Source: Isurus oxyrinchus (taxonomy: Eukaryota). From it: 64,000 nucleotides of DNA. Positions 52,341 through 64,000 of this stretch are shown here, one piece after another (within the stretch, counting starts at the first letter, position 1; each line of letters opens with the position of its first letter). Made by a program: the position numbers and the translations under genes. Below the pieces are notes generated by a model. That model had not been told where the DNA came from. It saw nothing but the letters and a program-made list of their open reading frames with translations, and made no database searches. The stretch covers positions 3,720,001-3,784,000 of the forward strand of contig JANJGN010000034.1 in the NCBI GenBank assembly GCA_026770705.1. Direction: 5' to 3'.

Positions 52341-53189
52341 TATTGCATGCTAAATATGCATTAACTGAGGGAAAGGGAATTCGATGAAATAAACTCCCAA
52401 GAAAGGGCTTCAACACTAGAGCAGAGGGCTAGTGTTGTGGCCAGGTGGCATTTTGGAACAGGAGAAAGCTGCAGATGCAACAAGCCAAATGATATTAATC
52501 GGTGTAACAAAGAACTGCATAGGGCCCCCGCATTCAGTTCTGGAGACGTGGATAAACCACGCAAAGCAATGTGTTTGAAAGCCGATTTGCAGGGGAGAAC
52601 TGAAAAAAATAACTGCATTTGCATTCCAGGATAACACAGATAATAATGGAACTAAAGCAGAAGATTCTTGAAACACTCAGAAAGTCGGGAAATGTGTGTG
52701 AAGAGAAAAGCAGCATTAGTGCTTCGAATCCAGCATGAAAATTCTTCACGCCTGCAGCCTGTTAAGAAGTAGTACATAATCGAGCGCCTTAGAATATTCT
52801 AGCTGGATCTGATATTGTGTTACTTGGTGCAACCAGATTAGGCAGTGCATGGTTGAATCGATTGTCCGCCATACCAATGATCTTCTGAGTCATTGGGCTA
52901 AGTTGAATGAAACCAATGAGGTCCAGGTTAACGGACTTACTACTGTCGTCCGTGGTGGCTGTAGAATCAAATGCAGACATATTTCTGTTTTTGAGGCCCT
53001 GGGTGGCTGCATAAATGCAACTGCGATAGGAGGGCAATATTTTAGGTGGGTTGTCATTTTAATAGCGCATTTCTATGTAATTGTCATTGCTGGGGGAAAT
53101 AAAAACAACATGTCCATGCTTTTCGCCTTGCAAACATCAAGACATTCGCAAGAATACCAATCTCTGGGAGAGAACAATAATTTAAACCC

Positions 53190-53525
53190 TTTATGAAGAG
53201 AGTGATGATTGGTTGGTAATTGGCGTAGCCACGCAGAATGTATAACTTGCGGTGATTACAGTTTTATGCAAAGCGTTATTTGAAATGTTAACCTGACAGT
53301 TTGATCCTCATTGGTGAAGATATTTTTAGCAGTCAGTCACCTTCAGTAGGACATTCTCTGCTGGAACGTTACTTTCCAACCAATCAACTTTCTCTTCACA
53401 TGCATTATAAATTGTTGTTATCCCCTTACACTGGTATTCTTGAGAGTGTCCTGATGAGTGCGAGACGAAGAGATTAGGTATCTCTCTTTATTCAGCGTTA
53501 TTCAAGGTCTGTACTACCAAATTTC
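53190..53525 (+). mobile_element. Penelope-like terminal sequence with a degenerate hammerhead-like core
   Basis: ttataaattgttgttatcccctt...ggtattcttgagagtgtcctgatgagtgcgagacgaag. Confidence 0.5.
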
Positions 53526-53877
53526 TATTAGAAATTTATAAGGGAATATTCAGGAAAAAATAGATTTTAGTATGGGTTTAAAGTCCTCCTCTTGTGAATA
53601 CACTGATAGAAATTCACAGATTTGTAAAATATAATGCTTAGTTATTTTATATTTCCATTCACTGGTGTAATTTAATCAATGTTCAATTTAATTAAACAAG
53701 AGTTTGAAAACCAATTGGTAAGAAAGTGTATTCAAACACGGAGTCGAAAAATCTAAGTTGTTTGGGAATATTTCATTTCAATTCAGCCTTGATTTAGCTG
53801 ATACAGCATGAGGATGCGAGCAGTATATGTAATTGCTCATGGAATTAGAAGTCAATATATATTAATATTTTTCTCAC

Positions 53878-53913
53878 CGAAGTCTATGACGAGAGACCTA
53901 CAGACTTCTAACT
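53878..53913 (-). CDS. class B micro-exon, 36 nt, (E)LEVCRSLVIDF
   Basis: ctcttttcacttcatacag|AGTTAGAAGTCTGTAGGTCTCTCGTCATAGACTTCG|gtgaga. Confidence 0.8.
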
Positions 53914-54887
53914 CTGTATGAAGTGAAAAGAGAAAGGTTAATGCCTTACAGTCAATGCTGCATAACTTTAATCTCTTATTGTAGATTAATTAGTATATGC
54001 AGTCAGTGGACGAAATGTGGGCTACAAACGTTTTATCGGCCTCCAGGTAACTTCTGGTGACAAACTCTTCCGGATTTGTCCAAATTTCTAGGAATGTGTT
54101 TCGTTCTTATCCCTACATGTTGGTATGCATTATTTGCGTTTGTAGGGGAGCAGTGGATTCTTAGCAGGGTATCACCTAGGATAAAGCGTTCACATTAGTT
54201 TCAGAGATTCAGGAGGACGTGTTGGGGTTCCCAGGAATCTGAAATATTTAGTGGTGATTTCATCGAAGATATCGCGGGAATAATGGTAACAAATGTGGAT
54301 GAATGCAAAACATTCACAGTGACTTGTACGTTTAGAAGCTGTATTTTAAAAATGGTGGGAGGTTATTCAGGAGTGAAATTAGGCAGCGCATCTGCATGAA
54401 AAGGTATTTTTTTCTGTGCAAATAGTAACTAAAGCGACATCAAAGGCAAATAGTACATCTGTGATGTGTGTGATATTATCCTCTAATCACAACAAAATGT
54501 CAGGTACGTGTGCTATGGGCTCTGGTCTGCCATTGGATCACGTAAAGTACTCTTGGGGCGAAATACCAACCACTTAGTTCATATAATCCTTTATATAAAA
54601 CATGAATGCAGTTGGAATGATTCTAAATTAATATTTCTTGCATAGTTCCCTTTAATGATAGAAGCATTGTGGAACTTTAGACATTAGACGTTTTTACTGA
54701 TAGTCTAGATTTATTGAATAACCCTCAACACAGCTAGATGTCAAATGCGACCTATTCTCGTAGGCAGCTTAGGACATTTCCCTGGAAGATACTTATCCAA
54801 TGGCATTTGAACTAATGCCAGCAAGTGAACGGAGCGCTGAAACTAGAATCACCACTTCATCAAGTATGCAACAGAGTCAGTAGTTAC

Positions 54888-54914
54888 CTTTTTCTGCTGC
54901 TATCAATTTTTGAT
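54888..54914 (-). CDS. class A micro-exon, 27 nt, (N/D)QKLIAAEK
   Basis: gcctttttccgtcacag|ATCAAAAATTGATAGCAGCAGAAAAAG|gtaact. Confidence 0.75.
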
Positions 54915-55731
54915 CTGTGACGGAAAAAGGCACTCATATTATGTCCAAGAATGCATTCAGATAAATATCGGGAAAATCAAATTGATATTGTACAAATGAA
55001 AATACTTCTTTAAACTCATCCCGTATTTCATGAAATTGTCAACTTGCATTGACATTGCGTCTTTAGCAATAGCAAACGAGCACATATTTGCATATGTGCA
55101 GAATCATACGTGTGGCGACACCAATGAACAGAAGTGAGGTGGGGACGGGGGCCGCCAGGTGTGGGTCGGGGTTGGGAGTTGGGGGAGGGGGGAGAGGGGT
55201 TTAAGATCAGGTGACCAAACGACGGATGTACTTAGTAAGCAACACGTAGAAACTAAAAGATAAGAAGTTTCCTGAAAAATAAGTGCTTTAGCTGACGCAA
55301 TCCACAACTTAAAGCACAGCAATTCATTTGCTTATTCATTCACCGGATGTGGGCGTCGCTGGCTACGCAAACATTTATTGCCCAACCGTTAGCTCCCTTT
55401 TCCAGATATTAGAGTTCCTTTCAGAGTTGGAGTAGCACACCGACCTTCAGGTTTTGCATTGTCACACGAATAAGGTCTTAGATGGATGGGCAACAATGGA
55501 TGGAAGTGTTAAAGGGTTAAAAGGAATTATTTGCTGCAACCTGGAGGCAATGCTCGTCCTCAAAAGAACTTATGCAATCCAAAGGTGATTATCCATGTGT
55601 CTGTAAACGGCAGCATAATTTTGAATGCTCTCAAATTTGGCGAATGCGCAGGTTGAGTGGTTTGCCGGCAGACTATTGGAAAAGTCTACACGGGTGCTGA
55701 GTAACGACACACAGCAATGAAAACTACAAAC

Positions 55732-55761
55732 TTTCCCTAACTATTTCTCCCGTTTCTGCTT
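55732..55761 (-). CDS. class C micro-exon, 30 nt, (E)AETGEIVRE
   Basis: ttttttttcttccag|AAGCAGAAACGGGAGAAATAGTTAGGGAAA|gtttgt. Starts AAGCAGAA like the exon at 16632; the donor is weaker. Confidence 0.55.
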
Positions 55762-56809
55762 CTGGAAGAAAAAAAAAAGTGTTTCTTTAAACTCTTCCAT
55801 CTTAGCAATGAAAAATACATTTCTTTTCCCAGACATTATTTATTTCCAAACATGTCATAGTTACTTTTTAACTACCGAAAAGTAAACATTTAATTATGGT
55901 TGAATATCATTTAAAGTCGATGCTGCTATTTTAAATGGAGTGGCAGTTATAACCTAGGAGATGTGGCAGACAGTCATTGCATTAATAGCTCACATGGATG
56001 TCAAAAAAAAAAGAACTTTGCTTCTGCAGGTGCCGATTGAATGATTGGATTGCAGGAAGGATACCCAATGCGATTCTTGGAGATGATAAAATAGAATTGC
56101 CCAAAAGGCCATGGCTATTCTCTCATGGATAACCGGCACGACCCTCCAACTCTACACTCACTGGATCAAATTTATGTGCTCTAATTTCTGGAGGAGTATT
56201 AAGAATACACCATAGTAACCAGTTAATTAGAGCGAAAGCGTATATCTGAATTAGCTCAGCATTAAGAAACGTGTGGTAGAGGCTTTCCCAACGTTTGGTA
56301 TACATTCGGATTATTGATTAAATTTTTAGGCCATAGAGATCTTCTAATAAATTTGACTGTCTCATTCACAGACTCATTGCTTTTTCTGGATTGTTCATGA
56401 TAATTATATAATACGGCATTAGTTCCGATTTATTTTAACATTTAAGTGTTTCATTCAGGTAATCATATCAGCATATCCTTAAATTTATTACTTCCCATGT
56501 ATCGATCTGGCGTGCCCCTGAAGTGATTTTTTTTTTCATTTGCCTCAGCTGTTAAGTCTGGTTGAGAATTCAAAATACACATCACTCTTTGAGTGGATTT
56601 TTTTCAAAGTCTGTTTTGGATTTATTGCAGACTCTTCATTGTTATGAAGCTAATGTTTGAGTATTGTAGTCTATAGGCCCACAATATTAGTTTCAACATT
56701 TTTTAAGTCGTTTATATCATTACACACCTCATTTTTTTGCTCATCAGATTTATTGTTTCTGTTCAAAATAGCCATTCAGATGTGTCGAAAGTGATAGCCA
56801 GACTGGGTC

Positions 56810-59420
56810 TCCTTCATAGAACCATTGAAGAGTGAAGGCACCAAACGGGGCTATTCATGTCTTGTCCGTAGCTTTCGCGTTCAAAGCACTTCAGGTGCAG
56901 AACCAAATACCGATAAATTAAGTTGAGGTTCATGCCTTAAACAACAAGCCAGACAGCGAATTCCAGACACACACCAACCTCTGTGTAAATAAGTTTTTAC
57001 TCATGCCCTCTCTAATCATCCTTAAATATGCGTCCCCTGGTGATTGATCTCTCTGCTGGGGGAAAACGTTATTTCCTGGTAACTCTATCTAGTCCCCATT
57101 GAAGCTTGTGCAGCTCATTTGAGTCATCCCACAGCCTCCTCCGCTTTATGAAAGACAGAACTAACCTATAGATAATTTCTTCATAGCTGCAATTTTAAAG
57201 TCCTGGCAACACTCCTGAAAATCTCCAGTGCACTCTATCTGGAAAGAATATTTCATTTCTGTACTGTGATGACCGGAAGTGTAAGGAAAATCCAAGACGT
57301 TTTCTAATCAGGCTTATATATAGGATTGCATTTATGTACCATCTCTAATTGCAATTAAGAATGTGTTGCAGAACTGCATTTCAGAACTGCTGCAATCCCT
57401 GATTTGTAGGCGCAACCACAGCCCTCCTAGGGAGGTCGTTTTACAATGCTGACCCTGCGACAGTGAAGAAACAGCAATACATTTTCAATTTAGCATGCAG
57501 ACTGGCTTGAAAGGGAACTTTCAATTGCTGGTGTTCCAATGTGTCTGCTGCCCTTCTCCTTCCAGATGGCAGCAGTCGTGTGTTTAGGGAATGTTCTCTA
57601 AAGAGCTTTGCTCATTCCTGCAGTGCGTCTAGTATACACTACTGCGAATTTGCGGGGAAGGGAATGATTGATATTGGATGAGATGCCAATCAAGTTGTTC
57701 GCCTTCAACTGGATGGTCAATATTTCCCTGCTACACCTCCACCCCTCTCAATCTGCTGCCATTTATCGTGGATTGCGTTGCATTTCCTCGGACCTCCCTA
57801 CAATGGAATTCCTTGCTCCACTTTTAAGCCACTCAGCTAAAACATTGATATAATTCCGCAGGTAAAAGCTATCATCTTCAAAATAATCTACATGCGTCAT
57901 CAGCAAATTTCCCAATCATGCTCTTTATTTTTAAAAGCAAATCATTACTCTATACAAAAAACAGCAACAGACCTAATACTGAGCCCTGCGGAAAACCGCT
58001 GGGGACCGCTTTCCATTCACATTCATATATGTAGACCATTGCCCCTTGTTTCCGGGGCCTGGGCAAATTTTAGATGCAAGTCGCCACACTCCCCAGTATC
58101 CAGCAGGTATTGACATTTCACGACAGACTTTAACGTGAAAGTTTTACAAATGCTTTACTGTAATCTGCGTAGACAGCATTCACTGTACTACTTTCGTCCA
58201 TCTTCCTTGCTACTTCCTCTAAAAATTTGATTAATTTACAAAGACACGAACTTCTGCTAACAACATCTTGCTGATTTTAAAGGAAAAAAACCCTGATTAA
58301 TATGAACCTTTCCAAGTAGCACTTTATCCTGTCTCTACGAAATTATTTTAATAATTTACCAAACACAGAATTCAGTCTGAATGGCAAGGAATTATTTTGA
58401 ACAGTCTCCCACTTAACTCTTTAATTGATGTTACAACTTCTGCATTCCTACACTGTTTGGTTCATAACCTATATCTCGTGAGGAATAGAAAAAAAATATC
58501 CACAGTGCATCCGCTATTTCCTCCCTTACTTGCTTTTACAGACTGGTGTAAAATTAATTAGGCTCCGTTGAATTTACCATCTTGATGAATGCCATTCCCT
58601 CCAGTCCTTCCCCTCTCATTATGCTTAATTTGATGAAAACTTCACAATCCTCCGTCTTTACGAGAATTGATGCATTATTCCAATCCCTTGTAAATTCAGA
58701 GACAAATTAATCTTTAGGAGCCTTGCCTACATTTTCTGCACTGATGCATAAGTGGCATTGTTCACCACTGATAAGACCAAATCTTTCCCATATTTATAAC
58801 TTAAACTAAAGCTTATAGATACACATCGTTGGGTTTTCCTTGATCATGCTAGCCAATAACTTTTTTTTTTCCATATCCTCTCCTTGCTTCCCTCATTTCA
58901 CTATTTTTTTTAACTTACCCCTGTATTTTTTGTGCCCCGTTAGTTTTCTACGGTACTTTTTTTTAAAGGAGATTATCATAAGCCTTCAATTTCTGCTCCA
59001 TTTTTTGGATAACTAGCGGGAAGGGGATCTAGCTTTGAAAGTACCAGCCTTTTTCTTTATGGGAGCAGCTATATCAAGTCCACTTTCGCCAGATCATGTC
59101 TCAGATACAGTTCATTGTTTTAAACCAATTTAAATTTTGAAATCCTGTTATATATTTGGCCTTTTTTATAATGATGCTAAAAGTAATTGCATTATGTTCA
59201 TTATCTCCAAATGGTTCACCGACTGACACTTCATTCTCTTGCCCTGCTTCATTTCAAAAGATATGAAGCCCCTCTCTTTAGGTGCATTATGCACTGGTTA
59301 AAGGAAAAAAAAGGGTCGCCTGGAATGCAGTTCTAGAATTATGGCCCTTTATGGTTCTCATTCTTTTCGTATCACATTTCTTACTAGAGTACATAAACTC
59401 GCCAGTTGTTATAGCATTTT
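56810..59420 (-). mobile_element. nested decayed LINE fragments (mostly CR1), minus orientation
   Basis: CR1 3' end at ~56810-57330, a different LINE segment at ~57370-57730, and CR1 ORF2 at ~57780-59420 (e.g. caaatgctttactgtaatctgcgtagacagc ~ YxDxxKAF reversed). Confidence 0.65.
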
Positions 59421-59429
59421 TGTTTTGGC

Positions 59430-62400
59430 ACGCTGTTATGTAGCTATATATTTGCTCGACTAGCTCCTCCCACGATTTGGTGGTCTGTAGTACACTTTGA
59501 AAAGTGTAGCTGGTCCCTTTATTATTCATGAGCTAAGTGGGCTCATTTTGGTGATTTATTTTGTGTATCGCCTTTCCTCAGAGCTTTATCTTTATATTCC
59601 ATGCATTTATTGTCACGAGTGGGATGAGAGAAAAACATTGATTACCGATCCGCAATGCTCCACAGACAAGACCATTAGTGTAAATACTTAATTGACACTG
59701 CAAAACGACCAATTATTTACCTTGCTCCTCTTTGATGCAGTATAAAAGAGACTTTAACAAAGGCTGTGTTCAGTAAATTCAGAACTATAGATTTATCATG
59801 AAGCAAAATATATTTTAACAAGTTGCAAGAACTGTAGAGTGCATTGCGTGTAAACTGGATGTTTAACTGCAGATCTCTTTTAAAGTTCCCCAGTGTGGGC
59901 ACCTGTGCGCACACACGAACGCAAACACAGACACACACACCCACGGAAAGAGATGCTATATCTGCAGAGATAGGCAATCGATTAAAACACGTTATTTTAA
60001 AGTACAAAGTTCGCAGTATTCAAACCTTTTGGTTTGATGCTCCCTCATGTGAAGGCAGATCGTTCGCCCAGGTAAATATCTGGAAGCTTGGAGGAGAATC
60101 GATCAGAACCATCTTTATGTTTCACGCCCGCTGATTTCCAAATACCGACAAATACCACTCAGTTGAGGATTCCAAGTGGACTACTGATAATTGCATTTTC
60201 TTTTGTGGAAGGCAAAGAGAGCCTGAGTTGTGGAGCTTTGCCATTCTCAGTTCATTCTCAACTGAGTTTAAAAGAGCAAGTTTTAAAGTTAAAGCTCACC
60301 TTATCTTGGGAGTTCCAAAAAATGACTTGGTCCTTTGTCATTAAAGCATTTTTTTTTTAGCAATTAAATTTATTGCAGTTCAAATAATCAGCAGCTCTCT
60401 ACCTTCAAGGCCCATTCTGGAATTAGCTGAAGCCATGCTGCTCCTTGGGAACAGCATGCCTGTTGACAGTCCAGGGTGAAAGTAAAAGATGTAGAAAACA
60501 AATCCTGGTCCGTTTCTAAGTTTCCAAATAATGCAAGACTCTTCCAAATCTTAAAGAAAACACCTTTTTTGAAGATAGTTTTATAACATGCCTCTACACT
60601 TAATAAATTAAAGGCAATTTCCAAATCTGCTCCACTCCAAAGTGTATAGGAAAATGTATTTTCATAATAGAGCACACAATTCACACGTTCTCTCAATGTG
60701 TTACACAATCCCTTACATAGATACTGCACTATGTTCTCTGATGTTCTTCGGTTCGAGATAGACCTACAAAATGTTCATTCTTGATAACACATCTACAATT
60801 ATATTATCCAGAAACGTTAAGAATATTTACGTTGGAACGCTCTATTTGCAAGCTCCATTGGAATAGATTGCCATTCTTAGTTTTTTTTTTATTTTCTTAA
60901 AAAGGCCAACGGATTATCGTCAGTATATACCAGAGTTTCTTTACAGGCATGATGGATATCTACTTCAAAACGCTAAAGAGGCACTAACAATCACAGGGTT
61001 TCCTTTTCAATTTTGAATATCTATTTTGGTGTTTATTATGTATTTTTTTTTTAGAAAAAATGCCCGCCTAGCTCCAATGTAACTTTTTGCAGTAAGGTTG
61101 AACCCAGCAACAGGCCACCAGCATTGATTGCCACCTTGAGGATGTTTTTCAAGTTACTGGGAATAAGACCAAATGAATTGTGAGAACTGCCATCATCTTC
61201 TCAACAGCTATCTGGCACTCGCTTCATCAGACAACATTTGCCTTTTTTGCAATAAATCTGTTAGTGGAACAGCTATTGCGCTAATGTTTGGCACAAACTT
61301 GGGATAGCAGTTACACATCCCTAAGCGTCTTAGGATCAATGCCCATGAATCAAGGACAAATGTCCAGTTTTCTTTTGTTTACTCGATTTGCTTAGCTACC
61401 TTCTCAAACTGAATTATAATTTCCTCTACATCCCTTTCCTAGAAATTCGGAAAACTTCTATAAAATTAACCATCCTCTCACTGTGCACTGTCTGGGGGTT
61501 ACTTTGTTTCCGTCAACAGGATTTTCATCTTCATATACGACATTTTAAAAAAATAAATTCCAGCCTTGTAAGCTGGCTTTCCTTTTCTCCTTTGTTCTGG
61601 CTTTCCTCTGTTGCTAAATTCTGCCGCTGGAGGGCAGGTTTTTGCATTTCCATTTCTATTTTTGTCCGACTTAAATTTATTATACTTTTTTTCAATGTTC
61701 GAGTTTACGATTCTCGATTATTCATGTCCAGACTGTTTGAATTCCAATTTTATAGTAGCTATTTGACTTTACATACTGGCCTGCAAAAGTCTTTTGTCTC
61801 GTACCCTTTTCAAATTCAAATGCTGCTTTATTAACACAACTATATAGTATTTCTGCTCCCCTACCGTTAATTGTAACTGCAACTCACCCATCAATTCCTT
61901 TGTCTTCATCTTGGTTATGTTACATAAATTAGTTAAGGTTAACTGTGCTATCATTAGGAATGGTCCAGCAACCTCCAACTCCATTTTCATTTACTAATGT
62001 AAAACAAAATATGTATCTGTCCATTTCTCCTTTAACAGTTGTAATTATTCTGCATCCAAGTAACAATTATGGGCACTTTTCACTCCCGAAAGACCCCCAA
62101 ACTATGCGAGCACTGCTATGCTCTTTGGAATGATCGATCTAAATGGTATATTTGGTGAGAGCTTTGGTGCCTTAGGAGAGGGCGTGTTTGGCCAGTTCGC
62201 CTGCAAGCATAAAGCTGCATCTCCCTGGCAGAGATGGTGTGGCGCTTGCTGTAATGAACTACCCATGAAACCCCGAAGGCGAACACCCGAAAATGTCGAC
62301 CATGAAGGAATTCATAACACACATGACATGGACGAGATCTTACGCAGGGTGGAGCTGGGTCAGCACCCTCTACACATAAGTGTCATAATAGCTTGCCACA

Positions 62401-63350
62401 TTTCCTTTGCTTTTAGTCGGCTTCATTGTGACATTAGTTCCTGACTGCTTTGATGCCTTTCCTAAGGAACCACCCTTCACCACAGCTGGCAACTCAGGTA
62501 TTCCACTAGACATGGAGCAACTATGAGTGGAGTACAAACTTTTCCTAGCCCACAACCCGTCAGGTTGCACTATTAGTGCCAATATTTAACTCAATCTCAA
62601 ACATAGTCAAATATTTACCTTCACTACTATTAGACACTGGATATAATAAACTTTAAACAGGATAATTGATTTCTTATATCTAAAAAAAATAAATCATTTC
62701 TAAGAGCTGATGAACAGATCATTGTAATCTATAAGAATTACAATTTTCCCTTTGTCTCATGTGCGGCCATCTCCCATGCACAAACACAAACACACAGAAA
62801 AGACACACACACACATAAAGGGCAAAGAAATGTGGCCTCTGCACAAGTCGACGATTGGCAAAATAAATACGGCCTAAAAAAGGGAAAAGCTCACAATGTG
62901 TTGACCCTATCGATCTGCTGCGCCATCTTGTATATACAGATCCCTAGCCGTAGTGCATGCCAGGAGGTTGTAAAAAATGGAGCATCAACATGAAGGCTAA
63001 TAGAGCTGGATCAATACTTCTTGGCTTATCAGCTCTTCTTTACATTCCAGGTGGCACTACTGAGATAAGCATTACTGGCTGGATATGCATAACCATGCTG
63101 CATTTCGTGCAAGGCAAAGAGACCACGAGCTTGGCAGCTTTCCCCTTCTCAGTTCATTCCCACTGAATCCAAAGCTACAAAATGATAACCTAAATCTCAA
63201 TTCTACATCGTGATTTCCAAAGAACCGCTAGGGCCTTTACATTTGAAACAATTTCAGACTCATAGATGTTTACAACCAGAAATGGCTGCCCATCAGGTTC
63301 GCGCCGGTGAACACAAATTTGATTACACTAATTACATTTTCCAGCGCTTG
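59430..63350 (-). mobile_element. decayed Gypsy LTR retrotransposon with two diverged LTR-like copies and an internally deleted gag/pol
   Basis: Minus strand: PBS-like tttgggggtctttcgggag at ~62085-62102; gag-like E/K-rich start at ~61990; LRRLGMCNCYPKFVPNISAIAVPLTDLLQK (RT end); ECQIAVEK; IEKETL..ETLVYTDDNPL (RNase H). Direct-repeat homology 59672-59770/62575-62660 and 60210-60265/63110-63170, at an offset of about 2.9 kb. Confidence 0.8.
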
Positions 63351-63479
63351 GTCCATACGTGGGGACATGGCAGCAGAAGTGAAACCGTAAACACTTGCCA
63401 AATGTTACATGAGTTTCTGAATCAACTAAGCTTTCAGGCATTGAATTCGATACTCCCACCGCACAATGGATGAAAATTT

Positions 63480-63960
63480 TTTCCCTCAACTTCACATTCA
63501 TCCTTCCAATTACTACCTGAAATCAATAGCCCCGGTTATTGCTCCCTTCACTATTGGAAATAGGTGCCTTCCTGTCTACTCCATCTATAATCCTCATAAC
63601 TGTATAAACCTCTTCCCTTTCTATGTTGAGTTACCAGATTATTTCACAGTCCTCCACCTTGATGCCTATACCAGCGTTGTCTTTTTTTCCATTGGGAAGA
63701 TCTAAGCACAGTATTCACTGAGGGGTGCACCAAAGTCTTCCTGATCCACACACAGATTAAATATATTGCCCCTAACTGGCACTAGGCTTTCCTCTTCTTG
63801 TTCATTATATATTTAAATAAAACCATTTTTTTTATTCCACACACCGATGATTTCTCTTGCACTCTTGCCACTTTCTTGGCTTGCTCTTTAACTCCCCCCG
63901 ACTCTTTTTATACTCCACTCAAGAGTTCTACCATATTATGCCCTCGGTTTCTGCCATAAG
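63480..63960 (-). mobile_element. CR1 3' fragment, decayed
   Basis: cctgtctactccatctataatcctcataactgtataaacctc. Confidence 0.55.
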
Positions 63961-64000
63961 ATTCTCATGTTTACTTAATACTAAATTTTATAGCCCTTGA

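Noticed and set aside
51753-55100. Minus-strand V-C1x3-TM pseudogene
   Set aside because: It overlaps L2, Penelope-like and CR1 relics. The real signals there are micro-exons 53878 and 54888.
59721-61260. TCR-like V, C1 and TM motifs (KSIVLNLLNTA; SECQIAVEK; VAGFNL)
   Set aside because: They lie within the Gypsy LTR and pol, and the implied introns are only about 40 nt.
1-64000. ORF-track entries as genes; RAG recombination signal sequences; CRISPR, rRNA or tRNA genes
   Set aside because: The ORFs are short and low-complexity or transposon-derived. The CACAGTG/CACTGTG hits I checked lacked a nonamer at 12 or 23 nt. No repeat-spacer array or intact structural RNA gene was seen.

Overview
AT-rich vertebrate genomic DNA, most likely from a cartilaginous fish (shark), judged from recognisable CR1/L2/RTE LINE, tRNA-head SINE, Penelope-like and Gypsy repeats. 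There is no intact long ORF: the supplied ORF track is mostly noise or decayed retroelement. The main signal, invisible to the ORF track, is an array of about 20 tiny (24-36 nt), frame-preserving, phase-1/phase-1 exons on the minus strand. They are spread over about 54 kb (55761 down to 1929) and have canonical AG/GT sites. They fall into three recurring classes (A 27 nt, B 36 nt usually with Cys, C 24-30 nt), mostly in the order C-A-B, and join into an open E/K/L-rich coiled-coil-like peptide. The window therefore looks like the transposon-filled interior of one large micro-exon gene whose other domains were not identified here. Repeat boundaries are approximate and were assigned by eye. Many tempting Ig/TCR-like pseudo-exons were examined and rejected as decayed LINE/LTR sequence.
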